Source: Gammaproteobacteria bacterium (GTDB taxonomy: Bacteria > Pseudomonadota > Gammaproteobacteria > Eutrophobiales > Eutrophobiaceae). From it: DNA of 64,000 bases. The stretch lies in assembly GCA_965243105.1 (NCBI GenBank), contig CBDEUC010000001.1:346093-410092 (forward strand). The letters run 5' to 3'. Below are positions 39,375-49,820 of this stretch, one piece after another; positions within the stretch are counted from its first letter, which is position 1, and every line of letters begins with the position of its first letter. The position numbers and the translations under genes are program-made. The notes beneath the pieces are model-generated. The model did not search any database. It was given only the letters and a program-made list of their open reading frames with translations, and had not been told where the DNA came from.

Positions 39375-40181
39375 TTAAACTCGCTGAAGAATAAGTTCCA
39401 GTACAAACTTTGAACCGAAGTAGGCAAGGATTAACAGCGCGAAGCCACCCAGTGTCCAGCGGATCAGGACCTTCCCACGCCAGCCCCAGGCCCATCGACC
39501 AAACAGCACCAGGGCAAACATCAGCCAGGCAAGAATGGAGAAGACAATCTTGTGGGACAGGTGTTGATGCAGGATATCTTCAACAAACATCAGGCCCGAG
39601 GACACGCTCAGGCTGAGAAGGAAAAAACCAAGCGCAATAAGCTGGACCAGCAGGTCCTCCATGGACTGCATGGGTGGCAACATGCGCAGGCTTCCGCGGG
39701 GATGCTTGTTGTGCAACTGGTGCTCCTGGAACGCCAGCACCAGGGACTGCACCGCTGCGATACAAAGCAGGCTGTAGGCACAAACGGATAGAAGAATATG
39801 AAGACGCAGGCCGACACCCATGTCCTGGGGCAGGATGTAGGTGTGTGGCATCAGCGTATCCAGTAACAGGGACAGTGCCGTGGCCGGCAGGAAAATGATA
39901 CAGAGATTATCGACTGGCCTGACCGTGCTTGAAATAAGCACTACCGTGGCAATAACCCAGCTGATAAGCGAAAGGGCACTGTAAAATGCCAGGTTCAGAC
40001 CCTCGCTGGTCACCGTGCTCTGGTAAAGTGCCAGCGCGTGCAGCAGTATTGCGGTGAAACCCAGCAGCAGGACCGGAGTTTTAGCGCTGAGCGCCGAATT
40101 TTCGTTTAATTTGTAGTACTTCAGGCCAATCCATGCAGTGGTAGCCAGGTACGCGACAATCGCAATGTATGCCCAGAGCAA
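39375..40181 (-). CDS. ypjD: Cytochrome c assembly family inner membrane protein YpjD
   Basis: Multi-TM; HILLS..AYS, LPP...ME, HKIVFS, YFGSKFVLE; classical ffh-neighbour. Confidence 0.9.
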   Translation of the reverse strand: MLWAYIAIVAYLATTAWIGLKYYKLNENSALSAKTPVLLLGFTAILLHALALYQSTVTSEGLNLAFYSALSLISWVIATVVLISSTVRPVDNLCIIFLPATALSLLLDTLMPHTYILPQDMGVGLRLHILLSVCAYSLLCIAAVQSLVLAFQEHQLHNKHPRGSLRMLPPMQSMEDLLVQLIALGFFLLSLSVSSGLMFVEDILHQHLSHKIVFSILAWLMFALVLFGRWAWGWRGKVLIRWTLGGFALLILAYFGSKFVLELILQRV

Positions 40182-40415
40182 TTCCTGATTCCTGAAATTA
40201 ACTGCCCGCTAGTGTAACCCTTTCTTTGCAATAATGCCCGCCTGATAAAGTGGGAAGATGACATTTTTAAGCAATAAGAACAGATAGTTATACAGTTCCG
40301 CCGAGGTTTTCTATACAATAGGTGCCTGGTATAAGCCCGTGACCCCGATGTATTTTCCGAGTAAGCAGTTCGTTTTCCAGTCATTTGAAAAATCCCGCAA
40401 GGGCGAGGCTGTTTT

Positions 40416-41219
40416 ATGCGTGTAGGCCTGGTAGGACTGGGTGGTATGGGGAAAGTTGTCGCGGCCGAGCTTCTGCAACAGCCCGACTCCGCCCTGCAGC
40501 TATGCGGCGCTATTGTCGCCAGCGAGGATTTTGACGAGGTGAAGGCCAGCCTTGAGCTCGACATACCCCTGCTAAGTAGTATCGACGAACTGATGCAGGC
40601 AAAACCATCCATCATTGCCGAGGTGGCCGGTCATGGCGCGGTCAATGAATTTGCCGAGATGATCCTGGCCAGCGGTACGGATCTGCTGGTCATCTCCACC
40701 GGGGCACTGGCGAATGATGCACTTTACCAGCGCCTGCAGGATACCGCCCGCGCCAATGGCAGCCGGTTGCTGTTACCTGCTGGCGCCGTGGGCGGTATTG
40801 ATGCACTGGGTGCGGCACGGCTTGCCGGCATCGACAACGTTATCTACAGGGCATTCAAGCCGGCCATGGCCTGGTGGGGAACCAGTGCCGAGGACGATCT
40901 TGATCTTGCGACCTTGAAGGAAAGCACCTGTTTTTACCAGGGCACGGCGCGGGAAGCGGCGCTGGCCTATCCAAAGAACAGTAACGTTGCAGCCACGGTG
41001 GCCCTGGCCGGCGTGGGCTTTGATGAGACCCGCGTCGAGCTTGTGGCAGACCCGCACACCAGCGAAAATACGCACGAAATCGAAGTGACGGCAAAGAGCG
41101 GTTCATTTCGAATCGAGTTGGCCGGCAAGCCACTGCCGGATAGCCCGAAAACATCCGCCCTGGCAGCTTACAGTGTTGCAAGGTGCCTGCTGGGCCTTGA
41201 ACAGCCCGTCGTTATATAG
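40416..41219 (+). CDS. nadX: L-aspartate dehydrogenase
   Basis: GLGGMG Rossmann, EVAGHGAV, STGAL, GAVGG.D, YPKNSNVAATVALAG, NTHEI, NP/SPKTSALAA. Confidence 0.9.
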   Translation: MRVGLVGLGGMGKVVAAELLQQPDSALQLCGAIVASEDFDEVKASLELDIPLLSSIDELMQAKPSIIAEVAGHGAVNEFAEMILASGTDLLVISTGALANDALYQRLQDTARANGSRLLLPAGAVGGIDALGAARLAGIDNVIYRAFKPAMAWWGTSAEDDLDLATLKESTCFYQGTAREAALAYPKNSNVAATVALAGVGFDETRVELVADPHTSENTHEIEVTAKSGSFRIELAGKPLPDSPKTSALAAYSVARCLLGLEQPVVI

Positions 41220-41247
41220 ATAAAAAACCAGGAAAAAGGAAGCAAGC

Positions 41248-42609
41248 ATGTTTGACAACCTGAGTGACAGACTTTCCAGGGTATTAAAGGACCTGCGCGG
41301 CCAGGGACGCCTGACCGAGGAAAATATCAGTGAATCCCTGCGCGAAGTGCGTATGGCCATGCTCGAGGCCGACGTAGCGCTGCCGGTGGTAAAAGATTTT
41401 ATTGAGCATGTTAAGAGCAAGGCCATTTCCCGGGAGGTTATGCTCAGCCTGACGCCGGGACAGGCCCTGATAAAGATCGTTAACGAAGAACTTATCCATC
41501 TCATGGGTGATGCCAATGTCAGCCTGAACCTGGATAAACCGGCGCCCAGTGTCATCCTCATGGCAGGCCTGCAGGGTGCTGGTAAAACAACGACCGTTGC
41601 CAAGCTTGGTCGCATGCTGCAGGAGAAGGAGAAAAAGAAGGTCATGACCGTGAGTTGTGACGTCTATCGACCCGCAGCTATCGAGCAATTAAGAGTCCTT
41701 GCCGAAGAAAACAACCTTGAGTTCCAGGCAAGCAGTGGTGAAGAGCGGCCGCTGGACATCATTCAAAGTGCATTGAAGCAGGCAAAGGCAAAATTCATGG
41801 ATGTACTTATCGTGGATACTGCCGGTCGCCTTCACGTCGACGATGACATGATGAGCGAGGTGCGTGAGCTTCACCAGGTCCTGGATCCTTCCGATACACT
41901 GTTCGTCATCGACAGCATGCTTGGGCAGGACGCGGTAAATTCTGCGAGGGCCTTTGACGAGGCACTTCCGCTGACCGGTGTGGTACTGACGAAAACAGAC
42001 GGTGATGCACGGGGTGGCGCTGCTCTCAGCGTGAGGCACGTCACCGGCAAGCCAATCCTGTTCATGGGTACCGGTGAAAAGTCCGATGAATTGACTGCAT
42101 TTCACCCGGAAAGGGTTGCCTCGCGTATTCTTGGCATGGGTGATGTGCTCAGCCTGATCGAGGAAGTCGAACAGAAAGCTGACAAGAAAAAGGCAGAGAA
42201 ACTTGTCGGCAAGCTGAAAAAAGGCAAGGGCTTTACCCTGGCAGATTTCAGCGATCAGCTTGAACAGATGAAAAACATGGGAGGCATGACCGGCCTGCTT
42301 GACAAGTTACCCGGCGGTAACCAGATCCCGCAGGCGGCCATGAACCAGGTTAATGACAAGCAACTGGGAAAACTGCAGGCCATTATCAGCTCGATGACCC
42401 CGGATGAACGTCGCCGGCCACAGGTGATTAATGGTTCGCGCAAGAAAAGAATTGCCAACGGCTCGGGCACCCAGATACAGGACGTTAATCGCCTGCTGAA
42501 GCAATTTAACCAGATGCAGAAAATGATGAAAAAAATGTCAAAGAAGGGCGGTATGCAAAAAATGATGCGCGGCCTCGGCGGTAACCTGCCACCGGGCTTT
42601 CGCCCCTGA
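41248..42609 (+). CDS. ffh: Signal recognition particle protein
   Basis: GLQGAGKTTT, DTAGR, TKTDGDARGGAALS, Met-rich M domain. Confidence 0.99.
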   Translation: MFDNLSDRLSRVLKDLRGQGRLTEENISESLREVRMAMLEADVALPVVKDFIEHVKSKAISREVMLSLTPGQALIKIVNEELIHLMGDANVSLNLDKPAPSVILMAGLQGAGKTTTVAKLGRMLQEKEKKKVMTVSCDVYRPAAIEQLRVLAEENNLEFQASSGEERPLDIIQSALKQAKAKFMDVLIVDTAGRLHVDDDMMSEVRELHQVLDPSDTLFVIDSMLGQDAVNSARAFDEALPLTGVVLTKTDGDARGGAALSVRHVTGKPILFMGTGEKSDELTAFHPERVASRILGMGDVLSLIEEVEQKADKKKAEKLVGKLKKGKGFTLADFSDQLEQMKNMGGMTGLLDKLPGGNQIPQAAMNQVNDKQLGKLQAIISSMTPDERRRPQVINGSRKKRIANGSGTQIQDVNRLLKQFNQMQKMMKKMSKKGGMQKMMRGLGGNLPPGFRP

Positions 42610-42631
42610 GAGAGTTTTTCTGTGACGAGTG

Positions 42632-42679
42632 CCGGCCAGATATCCGGCCAGATGTCCGGCTAGATATCCAGCCAGCTGC
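42632..42679. repeat. 12-bp tandem repeat x4 (CCGGCCAGATAT consensus)
   Basis: Units at 42632, 42644, 42656, 42668; overlaps dsbB stop codon. Confidence 0.75.
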
Positions 42680-43175
42680 CGGCAGGTAGTAAACGCCCGC
42701 GAATACAGTGCAGCAGTGCAACCACGGCAAAAATAACAAAACAGGCAAGGCTCCACTCGGCGATACTCAGGCCAAGAAAGGTCCAGTCCACTTCTGCGCA
42801 TTCTCCGGAACCGGTAAACACGTTTTTCAGGGTTTCTGAAAAAGTAAACACTTCCATCATGTACTCAAGATCCGGTCCACAGGCAGGTACCTGGTCAGCC
42901 GGAAGATGCTGCAACCAGACCTGGCGCCCGGCGATACCGGCACCGACCAGCGATACCAGGGTGATGAGACCACTGTAGATGCGAATACCCAGCATGCCCG
43001 GGCCTTGAATCGCCCCGGCCAGGGCAACCAGCGCAACACCGATGTAAGCCCAGCGCTGAAATATGCAAAGCGGGCAGGGTTCGAGTCCGTCCACGTGCTG
43101 CAGGTAAAGACCATAGCCCAGCAACAGGGCGCAATCGAGAAAAAACAAAATATAAAATAATCTTGGTGCTTTCAC
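42660..43175 (-). CDS. dsbB: Disulfide bond formation protein B
   Basis: LEPCPLCIFQR, RQVWLQ, PACGP, G.CAEVDW.FLGLSI..W. Confidence 0.95.
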   Translation of the reverse strand: MKAPRLFYILFFLDCALLLGYGLYLQHVDGLEPCPLCIFQRWAYIGVALVALAGAIQGPGMLGIRIYSGLITLVSLVGAGIAGRQVWLQHLPADQVPACGPDLEYMMEVFTFSETLKNVFTGSGECAEVDWTFLGLSIAEWSLACFVIFAVVALLHCIRGRLLPAGSWLDI

Positions 43176-44150
43176 TTATGTTTCCATGTATCCGTCGAGG
43201 TATTCGGGTATTCGCCTGCCCAGCCAGTTGCTGGCAGACCAGGGGTATTTACCCTCAATAAAGCCAACATGTCCACCACCTTTTGACAGCTCAAGGGTGA
43301 CGCCCGGGCCAAGTTCACTTTCAGCCGGAATAGCGCCGGGAGTAAGAAAGGGATCGTCCTCGGCGTGAATCACCAGGGTTGGCGTGGTGATGTGCTTCAT
43401 AAACTGTCTTGAACTGCAGCGCTGGTAATAGTCATCAACACCATCAAAACCATGGATAGGCGCGGTATAGGCATCGTCAAGCAGGCGAAAGGTGCCCATT
43501 TTTTCTATGCCCGAGGTTTGCACGCCGAATTTTTCACCCGCATATTTTTCTTTCATTTTCCTGTGCAGGCGACCGATAAGATAGTGCTGGTAGATTCGGG
43601 AAAATCCTTTTTCAAGACGTCGCGCGCCATTATCAAGCAGGAAGGGTACCGATACACACACTGCGCATGCCAGGTGGTTGGATGGTGATGATTCACCAAG
43701 AAACTTTAACAGCGCATTGCCGCCCAGCGAATAGGCAACCGCCGCCAGTGGTACGCCGGGAAAACGCCGGCGCATTTCTTCGATCACCAGTGCAATGTCA
43801 CCGGTTTCACCGGAGTGGTAGTTCCGCTTCAGGCGATTATATTCACCGCTGCAACCGCGGAAGTGAACAAACACGCCTCGCCAGCCCCGCTGCTGAATGC
43901 AGTTCATCACGTTCATGGCATAGTGCGACTCGATGGAGCCTTCAAGACCATGAAAAACCATCACCAGCGGACCGCTGTCTGCACCAATCCAGCAGAGATC
44001 CAGGAAGTCACCATCCTCGAGTTCCAGTCGTTCCGAAGTAAGAGGTGCAGAAATTCCCGGGGTGGTGAACTTTGGCCAGAGGGTTTGCGCATGGGGATTG
44101 GATAACCACCATGGCGCTTGAAACTCACTCTTCGTGATCCTGCCCTGCAT
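43176..44150 (-). CDS. YheT-like alpha/beta hydrolase
   Basis: H.QT.W, DGDF.DL.W, HGLEGS, YSLGGN, EDDPF, GGHVGF. Confidence 0.92.
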   Translation of the reverse strand: MQGRITKSEFQAPWWLSNPHAQTLWPKFTTPGISAPLTSERLELEDGDFLDLCWIGADSGPLVMVFHGLEGSIESHYAMNVMNCIQQRGWRGVFVHFRGCSGEYNRLKRNYHSGETGDIALVIEEMRRRFPGVPLAAVAYSLGGNALLKFLGESSPSNHLACAVCVSVPFLLDNGARRLEKGFSRIYQHYLIGRLHRKMKEKYAGEKFGVQTSGIEKMGTFRLLDDAYTAPIHGFDGVDDYYQRCSSRQFMKHITTPTLVIHAEDDPFLTPGAIPAESELGPGVTLELSKGGGHVGFIEGKYPWSASNWLGRRIPEYLDGYMET

Positions 44151-44176
44151 GTTTCCCGGCCCGGCTGGGTTGCTGG

Positions 44177-45193
44177 CTATTTTCCAGCAGACACTTCGTA
44201 GGGCAAATCGAGTAACTCGACCTCGGGTCCCTGCTTGTCGCCGAGAAAAATGTCCGGGCTAGCGTCTTCAAAAATGTCCAGGGTGAGTAGCATGAGATAC
44301 TGCTTCTCACCCGTCTCGCAGGCCCTGACTACACTACCACACTGCTTGTCGCTCTCCAGCGTGTAAACGTGCGTGCCAATTTGCGGAAGCGTATCACCAG
44401 CGACGCGGGCCAGCTGCATACGCTGTTTCAGCTTTCCGCGAAAGTGCATGCGAGAAATGATTTCCTGCCCCGGGTAGCAACCCTTGCTGTAACTCAGGCC
44501 ATCCAGCAGATCGAGGTTGAGGCTTTGCGGCAAGAATTCCTCGCTACCCTGTTTACCCGGCCACGGCAGGCCGGCGTGAATGTCCTGCTCCAGCCAGCGA
44601 ACGCTACTCACGGCCTGTGCCCCCTGCGATAACTCCAGCCACAGGGCTTCAGCCTGCGCTGCAGTACAAAGAACAAGGGAACGGGCCGGCTGATCCTCAA
44701 GGTTTAATACGATACCGGGCTCATTGTCCCTGGCCGCCTGCAGCTGCGATTGAAAATCCCGGTGTGCCTCGTCGCCACCGAGGCCCAGTCGCACCAGTTC
44801 ATCGGAGACCAGTTCGATTTTTACATCGGAGCGTAGTACAAACATGCCAAGACGCTTGCTCACCTGCTCGGTCATTTCTCTCTCCAGTAGCAGGTAAAAG
44901 CAGTCACTGGCGCGGTACAGGATAAACACGGCAATCACCCTTCCCTTGATATTGCACCAGCTGCTCAGCTGGTAATGGTCTTGCGCAAGAGCTGCAACAT
45001 CACTGGTAAATTGACCGTGAAGAAAATCACTGGCGTCGCCTCCGGATATTCTCAGCACATCAAGCTGGGAAAGATCGCAGAGATAATTTTCCGCGCCGCT
45101 GTTACCCGTCGCTTCATTGGCAAAGCCGGTGACCAGACCTTCTTCTATCACGGCAGATTGGTTTAACAGGAATGAATACCAGGTTTCATGCAT
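44177..45193 (-). CDS. ygfZ: Folate-binding Fe-S maturation protein YgfZ
   Basis: FLHGQFTSD, KGCYPGQEIISR signature. Confidence 0.94.
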   Translation of the reverse strand: MHETWYSFLLNQSAVIEEGLVTGFANEATGNSGAENYLCDLSQLDVLRISGGDASDFLHGQFTSDVAALAQDHYQLSSWCNIKGRVIAVFILYRASDCFYLLLEREMTEQVSKRLGMFVLRSDVKIELVSDELVRLGLGGDEAHRDFQSQLQAARDNEPGIVLNLEDQPARSLVLCTAAQAEALWLELSQGAQAVSSVRWLEQDIHAGLPWPGKQGSEEFLPQSLNLDLLDGLSYSKGCYPGQEIISRMHFRGKLKQRMQLARVAGDTLPQIGTHVYTLESDKQCGSVVRACETGEKQYLMLLTLDIFEDASPDIFLGDKQGPEVELLDLPYEVSAGK

Positions 45194-45204
45194 GGTCGTA
45201 CTTG

Positions 45205-45447
45205 TTACTCCGGTTTTAGTTCACGAAAGACTTCAATCAGGGCGCGGTATTCTTTGCGCCCGGGTTCAGAACGTCCAAGTATCCAGTCGAGAATGTCCAG
45301 GTCGCTCTCATCGAGGATATCACTGAACAGCGCCTGCTGTTCTTCAGAAAGTGAAGGGTAATGCTGCGCCAGGAAGCGTTGGCATACGATATCCATTTCC
45401 TTGATACCGCGACGGCAGCGCCACTGTAGCCGGGACTGCGTACTCAT
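45205..45447 (-). CDS. sdhE: Succinate dehydrogenase FAD assembly factor SdhE (SDHAF2)
   Basis: RL.WRCRRGIKEMD (RGxxE motif). Confidence 0.95.
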   Translation of the reverse strand: MSTQSRLQWRCRRGIKEMDIVCQRFLAQHYPSLSEEQQALFSDILDESDLDILDWILGRSEPGRKEYRALIEVFRELKPE

Positions 45448-45456
45448 TGACGCCGG

Positions 45457-46239
45457 TTACATGCTCCGCGCGACCAGCAGTTTCTTGATCTCGGCAATCG
45501 ACTTGGCTGGATTCAATCCCTTTGGACAGGTATTGGTGCAGTTCATGATCGTATGACAGCGGTACAGGCGAAAGGGATCTTCAAGTTCATCCAGGCGCTC
45601 GCCGGTGTTTTCATCACGGCTATCAATGATCCACCGATACGCCTGTAACAGGATGGCCGGCCCGAGGTAACGATCGCTGTTCCACCAGTAGCTTGGGCAG
45701 GATGTCGAGCAGCAGGCGCAAAGGATACACTCATAAAGCCCGTCGATTTTCTCGCGGTCCTCTTTTGACTGCAGGCGCTCGCTGTCCGGCGGGGGCGGTG
45801 TCTGGGTTTGCATCCAGGGCTTGATGGAGGCGTACTGCGCGTAAAAATGTGTCAGGTCCGGGACCAGGTCTTTCCTGACCTGCATGTGGGGCAGGGGATA
45901 GACACCGATATCACCCTTGAGCTCGTTAATCCCGCGGGTGCAGGCGAGGGTATTGGTCCCGCCGATGTTCATGGCACAGGAGCCGCAGATTCCTTCACGG
46001 CAGGAGCGGCGAAAAGTCAGGGTCGGGTCGATCTCGTTCTTGATATAAATCAGCGCATCAAGCACCATCGGACCGCACTTATCAAGATCGATCCTGTAAC
46101 TGTCGACCCTCGGATTTTCACCGCTGTCAGGATCCCACCGATAAATATTGAAGGTACGCGTATTGCTGGCGCCTTCAGAGGCATCAACAGTCTTGCCCTT
46201 CTTGATCTTTGAATTTGCGGGGAGTGTGAACTCAGCCAT
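45457..46239 (-). CDS. sdhB: Succinate dehydrogenase iron-sulfur subunit
   Basis: [34 protein letters not shown]; start MAEFTL at 46239. Confidence 0.98.
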   Translation of the reverse strand: MAEFTLPANSKIKKGKTVDASEGASNTRTFNIYRWDPDSGENPRVDSYRIDLDKCGPMVLDALIYIKNEIDPTLTFRRSCREGICGSCAMNIGGTNTLACTRGINELKGDIGVYPLPHMQVRKDLVPDLTHFYAQYASIKPWMQTQTPPPPDSERLQSKEDREKIDGLYECILCACCSTSCPSYWWNSDRYLGPAILLQAYRWIIDSRDENTGERLDELEDPFRLYRCHTIMNCTNTCPKGLNPAKSIAEIKKLLVARSM

Positions 46240-46304
46240 ATGTCTTACCTGTTTACATTTAGTGTTGCGATAGCAGTCAAGCTCAAAATCGTAGATTTTT
46301 TGCG

Positions 46305-46386
46305 CAGACAAGGCCCGAGCCTTTCGAAAAAAACGGAGTGTATGTAGAAATACATGAGTTTTTTTAGAAAGGTGAGAACGATGTAT
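46305..46386. repeat. Palindromic intergenic element, family B, inside sdh operon
   Basis: IR CCTTTCGAAAAAAAC / GTTTTTTTAGAAAGG flanking GGAGTGTATGTAGAAATACATGA; core matches 19417-19450. Confidence 0.75.
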
Positions 46387-46409
46387 GGGCGAAAAAGATA
46401 CATTTTGAG

Positions 46410-48203
46410 TTAGTAGACGCGTTTCTTCGGTGGAATAGTTTCCACCTCATCAGTCAGCGTATTCATATGCACCGGTCGATAGTCAAAGTTAACCTTGCCG
46501 GAGCCTGTTTCCATCCATGACAGGGTGTGTTTCATCCAGTTTTCATCGTCGCGCTCGGGGTAATCTTCCCTTGCGTGACCACCGCGGCTTTCCTTGCGGT
46601 TCTCTGCTGAATAGATGCTGACCATGGCACACTGCAGCAGGTTCTCAAGCTCCAGTGTCTCGACCAGGTCGGTATTCCATATCATGGAACGATCCACGAC
46701 ATCGACGTTTTTGAAGGAGGCATAAATTTCATCCAGCTCTTTCATACCCTCCTGCATGACATCGCCGGTACGAAAAACCGCTGCATTACTCTGCATGGTT
46801 TTCTGCATTTTCAGGCGAATATCCGCGGTGCGGTGTTCACCGCTGGCATGACGCAGGCGGTCAAAGCGTTGTATCGCTGCTTCCGAGGCTGACTCGGGCA
46901 AGGGTTTCTGCGCGCTGCCCGGCTTGATGGTCTCCGCGGCATAATTTGCCGCTGCCCGGCCAAACACGACGATGTCCAGCAGGCTGTTGGAACCGAGACG
47001 ATTTGCGCCATGGACCGACACACAGGCGGCTTCACCAATGGCCATCAACCCCGGTACAACCGCATCCGGGTCTCCATCTTTCAGGGTGACCACCTGGCCA
47101 TGGTAGTTTGTGGGAATACCACCCATGTTGTAGTGCACTGTGGGGAGTACCGGTATCGGTTCACGCGTCACGTCAACACCGGCAAATACCTTGGCGGATT
47201 CAGCGATACCCGGCAATCGTTCGTTGATCACTTCCGGGCCCAGGTGTTCAAGATGCAGGTGGATGTGATCTTTTTCAGGACCAACACCACGGCCTTCGCG
47301 AATTTCCATGGTCATCGAACGACTGACCACGTCGCGAGATGCAAGGTCCTTTGCTGAAGGGGCATAACGTTCCATGAAACGTTCGCCTTCCGAGTTCGTC
47401 AGGTAACCGCCTTCACCTCGCACACCCTCGGTAATTAATACGCCGGCACCGTACACGCCGGTGGGGTGAAACTGGATAAATTCCATGTCCTGCAGGGGCA
47501 GGCCGGCACGCAATACCATGGCATTACCGTCGCCGGTACAGGTATGCGCCGAGGTGGCAGAAAAGAAACTGCGGCCATAACCACCGGTCGCGAGTACCAC
47601 TGTGTGGGCAGTGAACCTGTGCAGTGCGCCACCTTCAAGATCCCAGGCCAGTACACCTCGGCAGGCACCGTCATCATCCATGATCAGGTCAAGGGCAAAG
47701 TACTCGATAAAAAATTCCGCGTCATGCTTGAGCGATTGCTGGTAAAGGGTATGCAATATGGCATGGCCGGTGCGGTCAGCTGCGGCGCAGGTTCGCTGCG
47801 CAGTGCCTTCACCGAAGTTGGTTGTCATACCTCCGAACGGGCGCTGGTATATTTTTCCCTCTTCGGTTCTTGAAAAGGGCACACCGTAGTGTTCGAGTTC
47901 GATGACGGCCGGTACCGCTTCACGGCACATGTACTCGATAGCATCCTGGTCACCGAGCCAGTCCGAGCCCTTGACCGTGTCATACATGTGCCAGCGCCAG
48001 TCATCTTCACCCATGTTGCCAAGTGCGGCGCTCATGCCGCCCTGGGCAGCTACCGTGTGACTGCGTGTGGGGAACACCTTGGTAATACAAGCGGTGCTCA
48101 GGCCTTTTACAGCCATACCAAAAGTGGCCCGCAAACCGGCACCACCTGCGCCGACAATGACCACGTCATACTGGTGGTCGATGATTTCGTAGGCTTCACT
48201 CAT
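46410..48203 (-). CDS. sdhA: Succinate dehydrogenase flavoprotein subunit
   Basis: [19 protein letters not shown] (FAD His), QFHPTG, LHGANRLG-type [12 protein letters not shown]; start ATG 48203. Confidence 0.99.
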   Translation of the reverse strand: MSEAYEIIDHQYDVVIVGAGGAGLRATFGMAVKGLSTACITKVFPTRSHTVAAQGGMSAALGNMGEDDWRWHMYDTVKGSDWLGDQDAIEYMCREAVPAVIELEHYGVPFSRTEEGKIYQRPFGGMTTNFGEGTAQRTCAAADRTGHAILHTLYQQSLKHDAEFFIEYFALDLIMDDDGACRGVLAWDLEGGALHRFTAHTVVLATGGYGRSFFSATSAHTCTGDGNAMVLRAGLPLQDMEFIQFHPTGVYGAGVLITEGVRGEGGYLTNSEGERFMERYAPSAKDLASRDVVSRSMTMEIREGRGVGPEKDHIHLHLEHLGPEVINERLPGIAESAKVFAGVDVTREPIPVLPTVHYNMGGIPTNYHGQVVTLKDGDPDAVVPGLMAIGEAACVSVHGANRLGSNSLLDIVVFGRAAANYAAETIKPGSAQKPLPESASEAAIQRFDRLRHASGEHRTADIRLKMQKTMQSNAAVFRTGDVMQEGMKELDEIYASFKNVDVVDRSMIWNTDLVETLELENLLQCAMVSIYSAENRKESRGGHAREDYPERDDENWMKHTLSWMETGSGKVNFDYRPVHMNTLTDEVETIPPKKRVY

Positions 48204-48589
48204 GACAGGTTTAATCCCAGGTAAATATTCAGTATTGATAAAACGGATGTCAGCGCGGCGATCACGGCGATAAACTTGATCAATATCAGCCCGGTGACTT
48301 TCTGCCACTCAACGTGCATGTAATCTTCTATTACTACCTGCATGCCCAGCTGTGCATGGTAGAAAAGGGAAAGTACAAAGCTGATCAGCAACACGGCAAC
48401 GTGTGTATGCCCCATCCAGCTCACCACCGAGGCATGGTCAGCACCGTCCATGTTGACCATGGAATACATGAACCACAGTGACAGGGGCACCAGGGCAACG
48501 GCGGTAAGACGCTGGTGCCAGAAGTGATGTGTGCCTTCTTTCGCTGAGCCAAGCCCTTTAACCCGGGCCAGGGGAGTTCGCATATCCAT
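48200..48589 (-). CDS. sdhD: Succinate dehydrogenase hydrophobic anchor subunit
   Basis: [28 protein letters not shown]; TAATG overlap with sdhC. Confidence 0.95.
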   Translation of the reverse strand: MDMRTPLARVKGLGSAKEGTHHFWHQRLTAVALVPLSLWFMYSMVNMDGADHASVVSWMGHTHVAVLLISFVLSLFYHAQLGMQVVIEDYMHVEWQKVTGLILIKFIAVIAALTSVLSILNIYLGLNLS

Positions 48590-48969
48590 TACATGCACCC
48601 CAGCAGGAAGGTCGCGGCGGTTAACGCGATTGAAAAGAAAATGACCGCGTAGCCGGAACGGTAGGCTGATTCGATCTCAAGACCCTTGCCGATATCCCAG
48701 AACAGGTGGCGTATACCGTTGCACAGGTGGTAGTAAAGGGAGAAGCTGAAGGCAATCATCAGTACCCAGCCGTACCACGAGGTGACATGTGACATCACGG
48801 CGGCGTAGGCATCTGCTCCGGCGGCGATACTCGCGAGCCAGGCGCAAAAAACGATGGATGCTGCCGACAGTACAACGCCTGTCATGCGATGCGTTATCGA
48901 CAGGACCGAGGTCAGCTGATACTTGTATACCTGTAAATGCGGTGATATCGGGCTTTGCACCGTTGCCAT
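48589..48969 (-). CDS. sdhC: Succinate dehydrogenase cytochrome b556 subunit
   Basis: P.SPHLQVYK, SITHRMTG, HLCNGIRHL.WD. Confidence 0.96.
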   Translation of the reverse strand: MATVQSPISPHLQVYKYQLTSVLSITHRMTGVVLSAASIVFCAWLASIAAGADAYAAVMSHVTSWYGWVLMIAFSFSLYYHLCNGIRHLFWDIGKGLEIESAYRSGYAVIFFSIALTAATFLLGCM

Positions 48970-49054
48970 ATTGTGTCCTCTTTAATCTTACCCAGGAGAA
49001 TAACTGCTAACGAACTTCAGGATTGCGCCCTGCTACGCACTGACCCGGGGGCTA

Positions 49055-49213
49055 CTAAAAATCAGTACAGCGTCCGTTCTTTTCCCAGTCGCCAAATCGC
49101 GTCGGTTCGGGACCGGCCTGGCCGCCAATTTCAACAGGCGAACTGGCTTCATCCTGCTGCTTTTCAGCAGCCTCGTTATGAGACTCGTTTTCGACAGGTT
49201 TGTTTCTATCCAT
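49055..49213 (-). CDS. DUF1674 / SDHAF4-like small protein
   Basis: C-terminal GG..GPEPTRFGDWEKNGRC.DF. Confidence 0.9.
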   Translation of the reverse strand: MDRNKPVENESHNEAAEKQQDEASSPVEIGGQAGPEPTRFGDWEKNGRCTDF

Positions 49214-49355
49214 AGTGTTTTTTTCGCAATTCATATCGAGCCAAGACATTGATTCACAACGTAGTTATCAATGATTCTCATTTATCATGCATTGCATCAT
49301 TTAAAAAGATAGTATGTTGATTCCACAAGGATATTGCAAGCCAAAGGACAAGCAA

Positions 49356-49820
49356 ATGAGGAACACGGATAGTGCCTTATGCCTGCCGATTCGTATCGTT
49401 TATCGGCCACCGCAAAAGCTACTTTACTTCAGCATTTTCAACCACGTGGGCGCCATGCTTTGCGTCAGCATCAGCGCTGTTGTGATAACGATCAAAATGC
49501 CCCTGGCCTGCCTGCTTTTACTTCACTTCATGCATGTCTACCGAGCTATGAACCTTGCCCGTGATCCTGCCCGGGCTCAGGTGCTTTTACTCAGGCAGGA
49601 TGACAGCTGGGTATTGATTGAAAACGGACGCGAAATCGAATTACGTCCGTGCCCCGGGGCGCTGGTGCATCGATTACTGGTGGTCATCTGTTTCAGGTGT
49701 GAGGGAAAGGAAAAATATCGTTTCGTGCTTTGTCGTGACAATGTCGATGAAACCATCCTTCGACGACTTCGCGTACGCCTTCTGCACGGCAAGGCGGCTT
49801 TTGCCACCAAAACAGCCTAG
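49356..49820 (+). CDS. YgfX-like membrane protein
   Basis: Two N-terminal TMs, W.L, LVV..F, D.......RRLRVRL C-terminus; start uncertain (49314/49356). Confidence 0.65.
   Translation: MRNTDSALCLPIRIVYRPPQKLLYFSIFNHVGAMLCVSISAVVITIKMPLACLLLLHFMHVYRAMNLARDPARAQVLLLRQDDSWVLIENGREIELRPCPGALVHRLLVVICFRCEGKEKYRFVLCRDNVDETILRRLRVRLLHGKAAFATKTA

Noticed and set aside
48204-48308. Extended sdhA start (and similar extensions for sdhB to 46311, the HpnD-like gene to 50941, gph to 51383)
   Set aside because: Overlap upstream genes; family N-termini and stop/start overlaps support shorter starts
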